Part shown: piece after piece, positions 20,583 to 30,766 of the stretch | Numbering within the stretch: position 1 is the stretch's first letter | Layout: each line of letters begins with the position of its first letter | From: an uncultured Planctomycetaceae bacterium | Lineage (GTDB): Bacteria; Planctomycetota; Planctomycetia; Planctomycetales; Planctomycetaceae | DNA length: 64,000 nt | Assembly: GCA_963976765.1 (NCBI GenBank) | Contig: CAXBME010000007.1 | Location: forward strand, 124,001-188,000 | Reading direction: 5' to 3' | The notes under the pieces: generated by a model | Seen by the model: the letters and a program-made list of their open reading frames with translations, nothing else | The model's database searches: none | What the model was told of the DNA's origin: nothing | Position numbers and translations under genes: made by a program

Positions 20583-21797
20583 GTGAAATTTGCCCTCGCG
20601 TTCCTCGTGTTTATCTCGACGTTCGTTTCACCATGTCAATCTGCCGAATCCTGGCAGCGGCACACGATTGACAATTCGTCGCGCGGTGCAGACGGAGTTC
20701 GCATGACCGATGTCAACGGCGACGGGCATCTCGACATCGCGACGGGCTGGGAAGAAGGCGGCGTCATTCGAGTCTACCTGAATCCAGGCCCGACGAAGGT
20801 GGCAGCTGCATGGCCCGCCGTTACCGTCGGTTCGGTGAAGTCTCCCGAAGATGCCGTGTTCGCCGACCTGGACGGCGATGGGGCGACCGACGTTGTCAGC
20901 TCGTGCGAAGGCAAGACGCGGACGGTGTTCTTTCATTGGGCTCCGAAATCGCAGGACGAGTATTTGAATTCGGAATCATGGAAGACCGAAGCCGTATCAT
21001 GCACAGCAAAGCAGCAGTCCTGGATGTTCGCCTTGCCGATGGACGTTGACGGGAAGAACGGCATCGATCTGATTGTCAGTTCAAAGGGTGACAACGCATC
21101 GATCGGGTGGCTGGAGTCGCCACCAGATCCACGAGATGTCGCCGCCTGGAAATACCATCGCTTACGAGATGCCGGCTGGGTGATGTCGCTTGTTTCGTAC
21201 GACATGGATAACGATGGCGACCTTGACGTTGTGGCGTCTGATCGAAAGGGGGCGAAACGCGGCGTACTCTGGCTGGAGAATCCGGGTGCGAAAGCCACGT
21301 CTGAAGGAGCAGCCTGGAAAGACCACTCGATCGGCGGCACCAGTCGCGAGAACATGTTTCTTGATGTGATCAGCCATCGAGGCAAGTCGGCTGTGGTTTA
21401 TTCAGCAGTCAAGCCAGCGGGACTGGTTCGTTTTCAAAGTTCCCGCTATCGACAGCCGGCGGCCGTCGATGAAGGGCCTGGCTGGGTCAGCTTCACGATT
21501 GAAATTCCTGGCGAGAAACTCGGGACCGGAAAATCGATTCGCAGTGCCGATGTCAATCTCGATGGTCACGACGATCTGGTTTACTCGTGCGAACAGGCCA
21601 ATGGCGCAAAGCACGGAGTGGTCTGGCTGGACGCTACACCCGAGGGGATGAAGATCCGCCCAATCAGCGGACCGGAAGGCGTCAAGTTCGACCTGATTCA
21701 AATGGTTGATCTCGATGCGGACGGCGACCTCGATGTCATCACCTGTGAGGAACGAACGAACCTGGGAGTCTTCTGGTACGAAAACCCGACTCGGTGA
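20583..21797 (+). CDS. Secreted FG-GAP/VCBS repeat protein
   Basis: Signal peptide; repeated DxNGDGxxD motifs (DVNGDGHLD, DLDGDGATD, DMDNDGDLD, DLDADGDLD), WLENP/WYENP. Confidence 0.85.
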   Translation: MKFALAFLVFISTFVSPCQSAESWQRHTIDNSSRGADGVRMTDVNGDGHLDIATGWEEGGVIRVYLNPGPTKVAAAWPAVTVGSVKSPEDAVFADLDGDGATDVVSSCEGKTRTVFFHWAPKSQDEYLNSESWKTEAVSCTAKQQSWMFALPMDVDGKNGIDLIVSSKGDNASIGWLESPPDPRDVAAWKYHRLRDAGWVMSLVSYDMDNDGDLDVVASDRKGAKRGVLWLENPGAKATSEGAAWKDHSIGGTSRENMFLDVISHRGKSAVVYSAVKPAGLVRFQSSRYRQPAAVDEGPGWVSFTIEIPGEKLGTGKSIRSADVNLDGHDDLVYSCEQANGAKHGVVWLDATPEGMKIRPISGPEGVKFDLIQMVDLDADGDLDVITCEERTNLGVFWYENPTR

Positions 21798-21919
21798 CGC
21801 GCGAAGCAGCTGGCTGTAGACCATTTTCATGGTTTGTGGGCAGAAGCTGGCACCCGGAATAAGGCTTATTCCCTTTGTGGCCTTCCTGCAGAACACGGAA
21901 AATGAATTCTGAAAGTGCT

Positions 21920-22621
21920 CTAACCAGGCAGCATGCGCCCACCGGTTTTCAGAAAGTGCTCGGCCAGCTCCAGTACCGGGCCGTCGATTCCGTTCTCAGA
22001 CATGTTCTGCACGGTTGCCGCGACGTCGTACTCGACTCGTCGAAATGAAACTTCGCCGTCTTCAATGACGCAGTAGGCCGCTCGCGGGTCTCCATCACGG
22101 GGCTGCCCGACGCTGCCGGGATTGATGACTTTCGTACCGTCCACGTCAACGCAGAATTGAGTGTGCGAGTGGCCGACGATGACATAGTCGGCTTCGATGC
22201 CTTGCAGTCGAGCCCGCCAGCCATCTGAATCGTCTTTCAGATACTCGTCGAAAGGGTCGCGTGGAGTGGCGTGGACCAGGTAGAAGATCTTTCCGTCGAG
22301 TTCCACACGCCGAGTCACTGGCAGTCGTCCCAGAAACTTCAGATGTGAATCGCTCAGCTTCTCCCAGTGGACAGGTCGAGCAATGCCGGCCAGCCGGGAA
22401 AGCCCAGTCTTTTTCTTGACGGGAATTCGCTGAGCGACGGCGTGATCATGATTGCCGCGAATAGCCGCGTGAACGTTCTTACGAACCCACTCGATGCAGG
22501 GGACCGGATCTGTGGCGTAGTCAACGAGGTCGCCGGCAAACAGGCACGCGTCAAAAGATTCGTCGATCGCCTGAAGGGCCTGCCAGTTTGAATGGATGTC
22601 TGCGAGCAGAAGGATTTTCAT
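21920..22621 (-). CDS. Metallophosphoesterase (YfcE/calcineurin-like)
   Basis: ADIHSN, GDLVDY, GNHD, GHSH, NPGSVGQPRDGD. Confidence 0.93.
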   Translation of the reverse strand: MKILLLADIHSNWQALQAIDESFDACLFAGDLVDYATDPVPCIEWVRKNVHAAIRGNHDHAVAQRIPVKKKTGLSRLAGIARPVHWEKLSDSHLKFLGRLPVTRRVELDGKIFYLVHATPRDPFDEYLKDDSDGWRARLQGIEADYVIVGHSHTQFCVDVDGTKVINPGSVGQPRDGDPRAAYCVIEDGEVSFRRVEYDVAATVQNMSENGIDGPVLELAEHFLKTGGRMLPG

Positions 22622-22959
22622 GGCCAGTGATATTGTTCAGCCGGTGCGTCCGAAAATGCATACCGACGGGAGTCTGTGCAAAGGTAATTCTGCCGCGTTG
22701 TTGCTGCAGAGCCCGCTCAAATTTCCATGCTACCGACCTGATGAACGGGACGCGAATCCGTTGCTACCGGATTGCCATTTGCTTCTGGCAGATTTCATAC
22801 AAACGTTCTGACCGTTTCGGAGCTTACGTTCGACAATGAGCAAGTCGCTTATCCCCTATCGTTAACGTCTGCCCGCACTCGGTAACCACCATGAACCGGC
22901 ACAAGTGGCGACAGACGCTCCGCAGGTCCGATAAGAGAGAGTAGCCTTCGCTGGAAATC

Positions 22960-24771
22960 ATGCGACCGGAATCCGCGCTCATGAGCAAGACGATCAGCCG
23001 CAACACAGACTCGACGACGACCAGTCGAAGATCAATCTGGATTCTGGACCCGGCGCGTGATTTGCTTCTGTTCGTCGCGACGCCTTTGTTAATACTGCCA
23101 CTGGCCTGGGCGATTCGCGCTTCCGCTTCGGACCAGTTTTTCGCACTGGTCGTGGCTGCGTTTGGGCAGGTGGGGCACAATCTGCCGGGATTTATTCGAG
23201 CGTACGGGGACCGCGATCTGTTTCGGCGATTCCGCTTTCGCTTCATCGTCGCGCCGGCGCTGCTGGGGACCGCGTGTCTGTTCGCCGCGTTTTACAATAT
23301 CCATGCGTTGATTCTGGCGAGCGTTGCGTGGGCAATCTGGCATGCCCTCATGCAGACGTACGGTTTCATCCGGATCTACGCGGCCAGGGCTGGAGAGAAC
23401 TCGCCGTTCGATCGTTGGCTCGATTTCAGTATCTGCTTCCTGTGGTTCAGCGGGGCGATTCTGCTGAATGAGAACCCGCTCAAGCTGATGCTCAGTCGCT
23501 GGTATCGCTGTGGCGGATTTCTCATACCGGCAAGTTGGATCGACAGTCTGCAAGGTTTGTGGTTAGGGCTTCTGGCCATCGCGTCCGGGCTTTGGATTAT
23601 TCGCCTGATCTACGGCTGCGTTAAAGGCTCGTTTCCGAGTCCGGTCAAGGTTCTGGTGACGATCTCAAGTGTCGGCTTTTACTGGTACGCGTACGCGATT
23701 GCGGGAAACATTCTCATCGGTGCGGCGATGTTTGAAGTTTTCCACGATGTGCAGTACCTGGCGATTGTCTGGCTCTTTAACCGTCGCCGAGTTGAGCAGT
23801 CAGACAATGCCGGAGCGTTCCTCAAGTTTGTTTTTGGACGCAGTGGAGCCCTGATTGGAATTTACGTTGGCCTTTGCTTTGCATTCGGAAGTTTTCGTTT
23901 TCTTGAGTACGGCCTTGCGGATGGCGTGGCCAGAAATGTCGTACTGGCGTTTCTCGCGACGTCAGGATTGCTCCACTACTACTACGATGGTTTCATCTGG
24001 AAAATTCGCGAAGCGGACACCAGTCAGAGACTTGGGCTGAGCAATGCACGAGGGTCACTGTTCGATGTCCCAGCCTTGCTGCACGCTGGCAAGTGGGCGA
24101 TCGGTCTGGTTCCGGTAATCATCCTGACGCTGATCGAGATCAACGCATCGCCAAACGTAGCACAACGCAGCGTCAACCTGAGCCTGTCGCTTCCCAACAA
24201 TCACGCTGCTCAAGTCGAAGCCGGCGAGCAACTGGCCGCTCACGATCGGCTCGCCGAGTCCGCTTTGAAATTCCAGCGAGCGCTCGAACTGGCACCCGCC
24301 GATCATGCAACGCGGGTACGACTGGCAGAGGTTCTTCATCAGCGAGGCCGGATCAACAACGCTCTTCAGGAATGCGCTCTGGTCATGCAGGTTCAGCCGG
24401 ACAATATCGATTCGCGACTTCTGGCGAGTCGGATGCTGGCTGAGTCTGGCAATCCGGTCGCGGCCGAAAATCAACTTCGCGAAGTGCTGGCCCGCAAGCC
24501 GGACCTTGTCGATGCGCGGACAAACCTCGGCATCGTTCTGGCAATGGTCGGTCGACTTGACGAGTCGGTTACGGAGTTCAGTCGGTCCCTGAAAATTCGC
24601 AGCGACCCGGACACGCATTTCAATCTGGCCAACGTTCTCACTCAACAAGGGAATCGCAACGAAGCACGGCGACACTATCTGCAGGCACTCGAACTGCGAC
24701 CTGATTTCGCAGCCGCGGACAGAGCGCTCTCTCAACTTCGTCACGAAATTCCAGGTCCGGATACTCTCTAA
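22960..24771 (+). CDS. Polytopic His-rich membrane protein with C-terminal TPR domain
   Basis: About ten TMs with GH, WH..MQ.YGF, FHDVQY, HYYYDGFIWK; TPR repeats (ARTNLG, THFNLANVL, ALELRPDF). Confidence 0.8.
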   Translation: MRPESALMSKTISRNTDSTTTSRRSIWILDPARDLLLFVATPLLILPLAWAIRASASDQFFALVVAAFGQVGHNLPGFIRAYGDRDLFRRFRFRFIVAPALLGTACLFAAFYNIHALILASVAWAIWHALMQTYGFIRIYAARAGENSPFDRWLDFSICFLWFSGAILLNENPLKLMLSRWYRCGGFLIPASWIDSLQGLWLGLLAIASGLWIIRLIYGCVKGSFPSPVKVLVTISSVGFYWYAYAIAGNILIGAAMFEVFHDVQYLAIVWLFNRRRVEQSDNAGAFLKFVFGRSGALIGIYVGLCFAFGSFRFLEYGLADGVARNVVLAFLATSGLLHYYYDGFIWKIREADTSQRLGLSNARGSLFDVPALLHAGKWAIGLVPVIILTLIEINASPNVAQRSVNLSLSLPNNHAAQVEAGEQLAAHDRLAESALKFQRALELAPADHATRVRLAEVLHQRGRINNALQECALVMQVQPDNIDSRLLASRMLAESGNPVAAENQLREVLARKPDLVDARTNLGIVLAMVGRLDESVTEFSRSLKIRSDPDTHFNLANVLTQQGNRNEARRHYLQALELRPDFAAADRALSQLRHEIPGPDTL

Positions 24772-24876
24772 CGTGAGCGTATGTTGCTTTCGATAAGGAA
24801 CGAGCCCTGCTAAAAGTTTGTGCTGCGATGGCTCGAGGAATTGTCATGCGACGCGCATTCAATTGGAGCGTTTTCA

Positions 24877-25881
24877 ATGAGATATCTGTGCGGACTTTTT
24901 CTGCTGACTACTGCTTTTGGGATTGAGCTCGGTGCAGCCGACGCGCTTCCGGTTGTGACTGGCGCTCGCCTTAAATTCGAAGGCAAAGTCGCGTTTGTCG
25001 AAGGGCCATCCTGGCACCCCACAGGCAACGTCTATTTCAGCGATATCCCCAATGAGCGGATCATGCGCCGGGATCGGAATGGTGAGCTTCACGTCTTTCG
25101 CACCTCGTCCGGGTTTACGAACGGAACCTGCTTTGACCTTCAGGGCCGGATGATCTGCTGCGAAGGCGGCGGTGCAGCGAGCAAACGCCGAATCACTCGG
25201 CTGGAACTGGACGGAACAATTACGGTCCTGGCAGACAGCTTCGACGGCAAACGAATTAACTCGCCGAACGATTGCACGGTCGATCGCAAAGGCCGCGTCT
25301 ACTTTACCGATCCCCGGTACGGCAACCGCGCGGGGCTGGAACAATTCAACGCAGCGAGTGAAGAAATCGAAGGCGTTTACCGCATCGACGATGTCGGGAA
25401 AGTCTCGCGGATTCTCGCTGACGAGATTCAACGACCGAATGGGATTGCCATTTCTCCGGACCAGAAGTTTCTTTACGTCGCCGACAATAACAACGACAAG
25501 CCGACAGACAACCGCAAACTCTGGCGATTCGATTTGAAGGCGGACGGAAGCGTAAACGTGAAAAGTCAGAAACTTCTGTTCGACTGGGGCACCGATCGCG
25601 GCCCGGACGGGATGGCGATTGATTCTTTGGGGCAACTGTACGTGACAGCGGGATTTAACAATCCTGAACCGCCATCCCAAACTGCCATCAAATATAAAGC
25701 TGGAATCTACGTCATCACTTCCGAAGGAAAGCTCGTTCAGTTTATCCCGGTCCCAACCGACATGATCACAAACTGCGCCTTCGGCGACGACGATCTGAAG
25801 ACGCTGTACATCACCGCCGGCCACAAGCTGTGGAGCATTCGCACTGAAGTCGCCGGACACGTCGAGTGGCTTAAGAAGTAG
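24877..25881 (+). CDS. SMP-30/gluconolactonase/LRE family protein
   Basis: EGPSW, FSDIP, NSPND, FTDP, RPNGIAISPD, PDGMAID, TNCAFG; signal peptide. Confidence 0.93.
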   Translation: MRYLCGLFLLTTAFGIELGAADALPVVTGARLKFEGKVAFVEGPSWHPTGNVYFSDIPNERIMRRDRNGELHVFRTSSGFTNGTCFDLQGRMICCEGGGAASKRRITRLELDGTITVLADSFDGKRINSPNDCTVDRKGRVYFTDPRYGNRAGLEQFNAASEEIEGVYRIDDVGKVSRILADEIQRPNGIAISPDQKFLYVADNNNDKPTDNRKLWRFDLKADGSVNVKSQKLLFDWGTDRGPDGMAIDSLGQLYVTAGFNNPEPPSQTAIKYKAGIYVITSEGKLVQFIPVPTDMITNCAFGDDDLKTLYITAGHKLWSIRTEVAGHVEWLKK

Positions 25882-25940
25882 CACAAGTTTTCTGCTGGTT
25901 CTGTGTCGACGCTCCGAGCTGTTTCCGGAACGCCGAAGCT

Positions 25941-27218
25941 TCACTCCCTGGCAGCATCCGTTGGCGTTCGAATCAAAACCGGTTCGCACCAGTTAGCATA
26001 GTCGAGCACGTTGCCTCGGTCGGCATTTTCGACGATCAGGGACAGGTGGTCCGCGCCGGAAAGATTGACGGGTGGAATCTCGACAGGTGCAGAGGTGCCC
26101 GTCAGCAGATCGCTTTTCCAGACGTCAGTGCCGTCGACGAGAACTTTGAAGATAACACTGCCGGCTCCCTGAGCAGCGTCGTCAACTCCGACGGTCACTC
26201 GAAACTGATTGTACTGACCGTCGAGCGACCACGTTTGAGTCGTGCCGCTGCTGACTCCAAAGCCCGACGGGACAAGTCGGCCTCGCAGGCTGAGAAATCC
26301 TCCGATGGCGTTTTGATTCGTTTGGGGCTGGCGAGTCATTGTCAGGTAGGAGACGACTTTCGTTTCTGCCGGCGTAATTTTCGTCAGGTTGACGCGGTTC
26401 GAATCGTAAAAGCGGATTGCCCGAAGCGTGATCACGGGAATGCTGAGTTCAAACCCGCCGAGCAATTCTGCGACGAGCAGGTCACCGTCTGAACTGATCG
26501 ATCGTAGGCCGAGAGTCGAACCATCGCTGAGCATCAGCACTGCGAAGGCCTCGGACACTTCAGGCAGACTGATGAGGTCCGGGTTAAAGGCCAATGATCG
26601 AGTCTGGCCGACGCTTGTCTGTACTTCACCGATGCTTGTGTCGAGTGTGAAATGTTCATCCTGAAAGCCGACGAACTCTCCCTCAATGCGATCTCCGTTA
26701 CTCAGCGTGATCAGGTCAACTTTCTGCTGATGATTCAGGATACTGTCGAAGCTGCGTCCCTGTTTCGAAGACGACGAAGGGATCTGCATCACGATTCCAC
26801 GACACAACTCCAGTGGCAATGAAACTGGCGGCAGCAGCGAGAAAGAATGCCACCTCGCCATGATACTTTCATCGTCGACGCCCAGTGGCGTCATGCGCAG
26901 ACGGTCGCCTGTCGAAAGAAACAGCCATGGAGTCTTCGAGATCTCTGGGACACGGACGGCGTCGAAGTCTGTTGCTGAAATAGCCAGAACATCCTTGAGG
27001 TCAAGTGTCTGAATCTGGCCTGAGTCGTCCCGGAGTTCAAGTTGTGAGTCACTGAGTCTCGCGAGTCGCCCGGTTACTGGTTGTTTGGAAATTGTCTCGA
27101 CGCGAACCTTCACCTGTGCAATACCAGTCTCCAGGCAGAGGCCGGTGTTGGCCAACGCGGCAACCATCAGCACGACAAGGACACGGTTTTGGATGTGGTT
27201 CGTTAGAGAGCCATTCAT
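25941..27218 (-). CDS. Secreted protein with C-terminal NPCBM/NEW2 carbohydrate-binding-like domain
   Basis: FRVTVGVDD...GSVIFKVLVDG...LSLIVENADRGNVLDYANW; repeated LSxGD/GS motifs. Confidence 0.8.
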   Translation of the reverse strand: MNGSLTNHIQNRVLVVLMVAALANTGLCLETGIAQVKVRVETISKQPVTGRLARLSDSQLELRDDSGQIQTLDLKDVLAISATDFDAVRVPEISKTPWLFLSTGDRLRMTPLGVDDESIMARWHSFSLLPPVSLPLELCRGIVMQIPSSSSKQGRSFDSILNHQQKVDLITLSNGDRIEGEFVGFQDEHFTLDTSIGEVQTSVGQTRSLAFNPDLISLPEVSEAFAVLMLSDGSTLGLRSISSDGDLLVAELLGGFELSIPVITLRAIRFYDSNRVNLTKITPAETKVVSYLTMTRQPQTNQNAIGGFLSLRGRLVPSGFGVSSGTTQTWSLDGQYNQFRVTVGVDDAAQGAGSVIFKVLVDGTDVWKSDLLTGTSAPVEIPPVNLSGADHLSLIVENADRGNVLDYANWCEPVLIRTPTDAARE

Positions 27219-27293
27219 TTCGCGATTGTTATTCCTTCTGAATGTGGATAATCGCTTAAGCAGACATGACGGATGCCTTTGAGATGTGAATCG

Positions 27294-27333
27294 AAAAACG
27301 CCGGCACCCAATTGCAGGACACCGGCGTTGTTT
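27294..27333 (-). terminator. Probable intrinsic terminator after the peroxiredoxin gene
   Basis: AAAAACGCCGG ... CCGGCGTTGTTT inverted repeat with a U-tract on the minus strand. Confidence 0.6.
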
Positions 27334-27370
27334 CAATGAGCAAAGTCTGGTGACTTTCCGTCGCGGTCGG

Positions 27371-27916
27371 TCAGCCCTTCTTCTTTGGAGCTTTCTCGAT
27401 CTTTAGCTTTGCGAGTTCGTCGGAAATCTGTTTGGCGTGATCGTCCGTCTTAACCTTAGTTTCGATATGCAGAATTTTCCCGTCTTTGCCCACGATGAAT
27501 GTAACACGCGACGAGAAACCGCGGTCGTTCAGAATTCCGTAGGCTTTCGCGACTTTCGTGTCGGGATCGCTGAGAATCGGGTAATCAAGTTCCAACGACT
27601 TGGCGAAGTCGGTGTTTTTTTCGACAGGGTCGCAGCTGGCAGTGAAGTAAGCGACGTTGTACTCACGCAACACTTTGCCGTTGGCTCGGAGCGACTTGCA
27701 TTCCTTTGTGCATCCGCCGGTGAAAGCTTTCGGAAACCAGGCGACAACGACTGCCTGTTTGTCTTTGAACTGAGAAAGTTTGTATGTCTTTCCGTCGCTT
27801 CCCTTCATTTCAAATTCGGGAGCTTTGTCTCCGACTTTGAGTTCGGCAGCATCCGCTGGCATTCCAATTGACATTACAACTCCCAGCCCAAGTATCAGGT
27901 TCCAAAGAGATTTCAT
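27371..27916 (-). CDS. Exported peroxiredoxin, BCP/PrxQ type
   Basis: Signal peptide; VGDKAPEF, WFPKAFTGGCTKEC, YPILSDP. Confidence 0.9.
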   Translation of the reverse strand: MKSLWNLILGLGVVMSIGMPADAAELKVGDKAPEFEMKGSDGKTYKLSQFKDKQAVVVAWFPKAFTGGCTKECKSLRANGKVLREYNVAYFTASCDPVEKNTDFAKSLELDYPILSDPDTKVAKAYGILNDRGFSSRVTFIVGKDGKILHIETKVKTDDHAKQISDELAKLKIEKAPKKKG

Positions 27917-28265
27917 AAGTCGTCTCCATGTGTCAGGAAAACACTTCCTCGGCCACCGGCACATTTTCCGGTTCCGATATTCTTCAGCGAATACTCTACC
28001 AATTTGAGCGACAACTCACACGCGTGCGGAAACTACGACGCAGATCAAATCCGCACCATACACACAGCTGAAGAGTTCCCGTATGTCGTCACGAGAAATG
28101 CGAACAGCTCTCTTTCTGAAGAGCCGTTGCTTGTAGCTGTAACCGCTTCGTTGGCAAAGAGTTCAGACATCGATAGACTTTTTTGCTTCGCGCCGGATGC
28201 CGGTACGGCTTTTCCTGATCCAAAGCGTGCGTCACGCATGCCATTCAACTTTGACGGAGACATCA

Positions 28266-29876
28266 ATGGACCCGAACGCCCGCGGCAAGCTGATGCTTGC
28301 CAGCTTTTTGACACTCGTCGCTTCTGGAGTCGGCTTTGCCAATCGTGCTGCCGCTGGGGGAGTCTGGGAACGTGAATTCGGGATTGGCGGTGGCGACTTC
28401 GGAGCCATCATGGGAGCCGGGTTTCTCGGCTTCGGCGTGATGATTTTCTTTGGTGGAGTGCTGGTCGAAAAGTTTGGCTACAAGCTGCTGCTGACGGTTG
28501 CTTTTATCGGACATTTGATTAGTGCTGGGTTACTGTTTGCGGCGAATCCAATGTTTGCAGGCTGGCGTGAAGCGGACCCGTCAACCGCGACGACTAACGT
28601 CGTCCAATTGCTCTACTGGAGTACGTTCATCTTCTCGATTTGCCAGGGACTTTACGAAGCAGTTATCAATCCAATGATTGCTCAGTTGTATCCCGAAAAC
28701 CAAACGCATTATCTCAATATTCTGCACGCCGGATGGCCGGGTGGGATGATTGTCGGCGGTATTTTTGCCGCGTGCTTCCTTGGGAATGATGCCTGGATTG
28801 CTTCACTGCCCTGGACAATCTGTCTGTCGAGTTTTGCCGTCATCGTCATCGCTTACGGTGTCATTGCATTGCCTCAGAAGTTCCCCGCGACTGCGGCCGC
28901 TGTTGGCGGTGGGGACTTCGCGAAGGTCTTCTCATGCTTCGCTTCGCTTCCCTTTCTTGTACTGATCGTCATGCACGGCCTGATCGGGTACATGGAACTT
29001 GGCGTTGACTCCTGGATGGCCAAGCTGATGGAAAACCTGCTTCCAAATGCAATCCTCGTTCTGGTCTATACTTCAGCCCTCATGTTTGTGCTTCGGTTCT
29101 TTGCTGGTCCGATCGTTCACCGCATCAACCCGATTGGATTGCTCTTCGGCAGCTCAGTCATTGCATGCCTGGGCCTGCTATGGCTTGGTCAGCCAATCGA
29201 AAGCGTTTTCATGGTTTTCGTTGCAGCAACGTTCTATAGCTTTGGCAAGGCGTTCCTATGGCCGACCATGCTTGCAGTTGCAGGTGAGCGATGGCCACAG
29301 TGCGGCTCGGTGGCGATGGGCGCCCTCGGAGCCGCTGGCATGATCACCGTCGGTCAGATCGGCGGGGCTCGAATCGGTACACAGCAGGGCTATCATATGT
29401 CGCAGAATCTGGAGCAGACCGCTCCTGAGACATTTGCTCGCTATGCGTCTGATAAGCCCAGCAGCGGATTCGGGTATGAATTCAGGCCAGTCATTGCTGA
29501 ACGACTTGGTGCCGTAAACAACATTCATGTCGCTGAAGATGGATCGATCAGCTCGACCGACCCAATCAAAAATGCAGGACTGATCGACGAAGCCGACAAG
29601 CAGGTTCTTGTTGACAATGCCGCTGTGGACGTGCCGGCGGTTCAGGATTCATACCTTGCCGGTGGTCGACAAGCGCTGATTGATACGGCGCAGATTCCAG
29701 CCGGTATGGCAATCGGGTTTCTGCTCCTGCTTGGCTATTACAAAGCGATCGGCGGTTACAAAGTCCTCGACGTAAATGGGAATCCGATTGAGCAAGGTCA
29801 TGGCTCCGGTGATGGCGACGCTGCCACCACTGGTGGGAATGCTGCCAGTGAGGATGCACCGCCCGCTGAAGGCTGA
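28266..29876 (+). CDS. MFS transporter
   Basis: About twelve TMs, EAVINP, NILHAGWPGG, FLWPTML. Confidence 0.88.
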   Translation: MDPNARGKLMLASFLTLVASGVGFANRAAAGGVWEREFGIGGGDFGAIMGAGFLGFGVMIFFGGVLVEKFGYKLLLTVAFIGHLISAGLLFAANPMFAGWREADPSTATTNVVQLLYWSTFIFSICQGLYEAVINPMIAQLYPENQTHYLNILHAGWPGGMIVGGIFAACFLGNDAWIASLPWTICLSSFAVIVIAYGVIALPQKFPATAAAVGGGDFAKVFSCFASLPFLVLIVMHGLIGYMELGVDSWMAKLMENLLPNAILVLVYTSALMFVLRFFAGPIVHRINPIGLLFGSSVIACLGLLWLGQPIESVFMVFVAATFYSFGKAFLWPTMLAVAGERWPQCGSVAMGALGAAGMITVGQIGGARIGTQQGYHMSQNLEQTAPETFARYASDKPSSGFGYEFRPVIAERLGAVNNIHVAEDGSISSTDPIKNAGLIDEADKQVLVDNAAVDVPAVQDSYLAGGRQALIDTAQIPAGMAIGFLLLLGYYKAIGGYKVLDVNGNPIEQGHGSGDGDAATTGGNAASEDAPPAEG

Positions 29877-29930
29877 AAACCGTAAAGTCGACGGCCTCTT
29901 ACGGTCGGTCTTGCTGTTTCAGTAAATCCA

Positions 29931-29970
29931 GGAACGCAGCCTCGCCAGTCCGGCAGGCTGCGTTTCTTCT
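29931..29970 (+). terminator. Probable intrinsic terminator or hairpin
   Basis: GAACGCAGCCT...AGGCTGCGTTT followed by CTTCT. Confidence 0.55.
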
Positions 29971-29998
29971 GCGCTTCCTGAGTTGAGTCACTTACCTG

Positions 29999-30694
29999 AT
30001 GACAACGCCCATCGCCGAATTGATCACGATTCTGCTGGCTTATCTTTGCGGCTCGTTGCCGTTTGGGTTGCTGATCGCGCGAGTCGTTGCGGGGATCGAC
30101 ATTCGTGAAAAGGGCAGCGGCAACATTGGCGCGACGAACGTCGGACGCGTACTGGGAGCCAAATGGGGATTCGCGGCGCTGCTGCTTGATGCGATGAAAG
30201 GGCTGTTTCCCGTTCTGTTGATCCCTCGCTGCTTCTCAGAAGCGAGCAGCGGCTGGTTTGTCCTGCTTCAGGTTCTTGCGGGAGTATCGACTGTCGTTGG
30301 GCATATGTTTCCCGTCTGGCTGAAGTTTCGGGGCGGCAAAGGAGTGGCTACTTCGCTCGGGGTTGTTGTTGTATTGACCCCTGTTGGTTCGCTCGCGGCG
30401 TTCGGCGGTTTTGCGTTGTGCATGCTGGCGTCGAGGATTGTGGCGCTCAGTTCAATCGTCGCCGCGCTGATATTTGCGATCGGCCAGATGTTTATCCTTC
30501 AGCCAAATCCGTTTGCCGTGGAAAAGTTACCCTTGTCCGTTTTCAGTCTCGCCGTACCGGCACTGATTGTCGTTCAGCATCGAAGTAACATTGGGCGACT
30601 GATACGTGGCGAGGAAAAGAGGTTTCAGTTCGGGAAGTCGAAAGCAGGCAACGAAGTTGAATCCTCAGATCAAGACAGCCTGGGGACGGAATAG
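29999..30694 (+). CDS. plsY: Glycerol-3-phosphate acyltransferase PlsY
   Basis: GSGNIGATNVGR, DAMKG, GHMFPVWLKFRGGKGVAT, HRSNIGRL. Confidence 0.96.
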   Translation: MTTPIAELITILLAYLCGSLPFGLLIARVVAGIDIREKGSGNIGATNVGRVLGAKWGFAALLLDAMKGLFPVLLIPRCFSEASSGWFVLLQVLAGVSTVVGHMFPVWLKFRGGKGVATSLGVVVVLTPVGSLAAFGGFALCMLASRIVALSSIVAALIFAIGQMFILQPNPFAVEKLPLSVFSLAVPALIVVQHRSNIGRLIRGEEKRFQFGKSKAGNEVESSDQDSLGTE

Positions 30695-30696
30695 CG

Positions 30697-30749
30697 GTAG
30701 CGTGGGCATCGCCCACCATTGAAATACTGGTGGGCCGTGCCCACCCTGT
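30697..30749. repeat. Inverted pair of GTAG-type REP-like palindromes, family B
   Basis: GTAGCGTGGGCATCGCCCACCA and TGGTGGGCCGTGCCCACCCTGT. Confidence 0.8.
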
Positions 30750-30766
30750 AATTGTCAGGGATCAAA

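Noticed and set aside
27700..27730. Selenocysteine in the peroxiredoxin (TGGC) or the UshA-like CGC motif
   Set aside because: Codons are TGC/TGT with no in-frame TGA; both are Cys forms.
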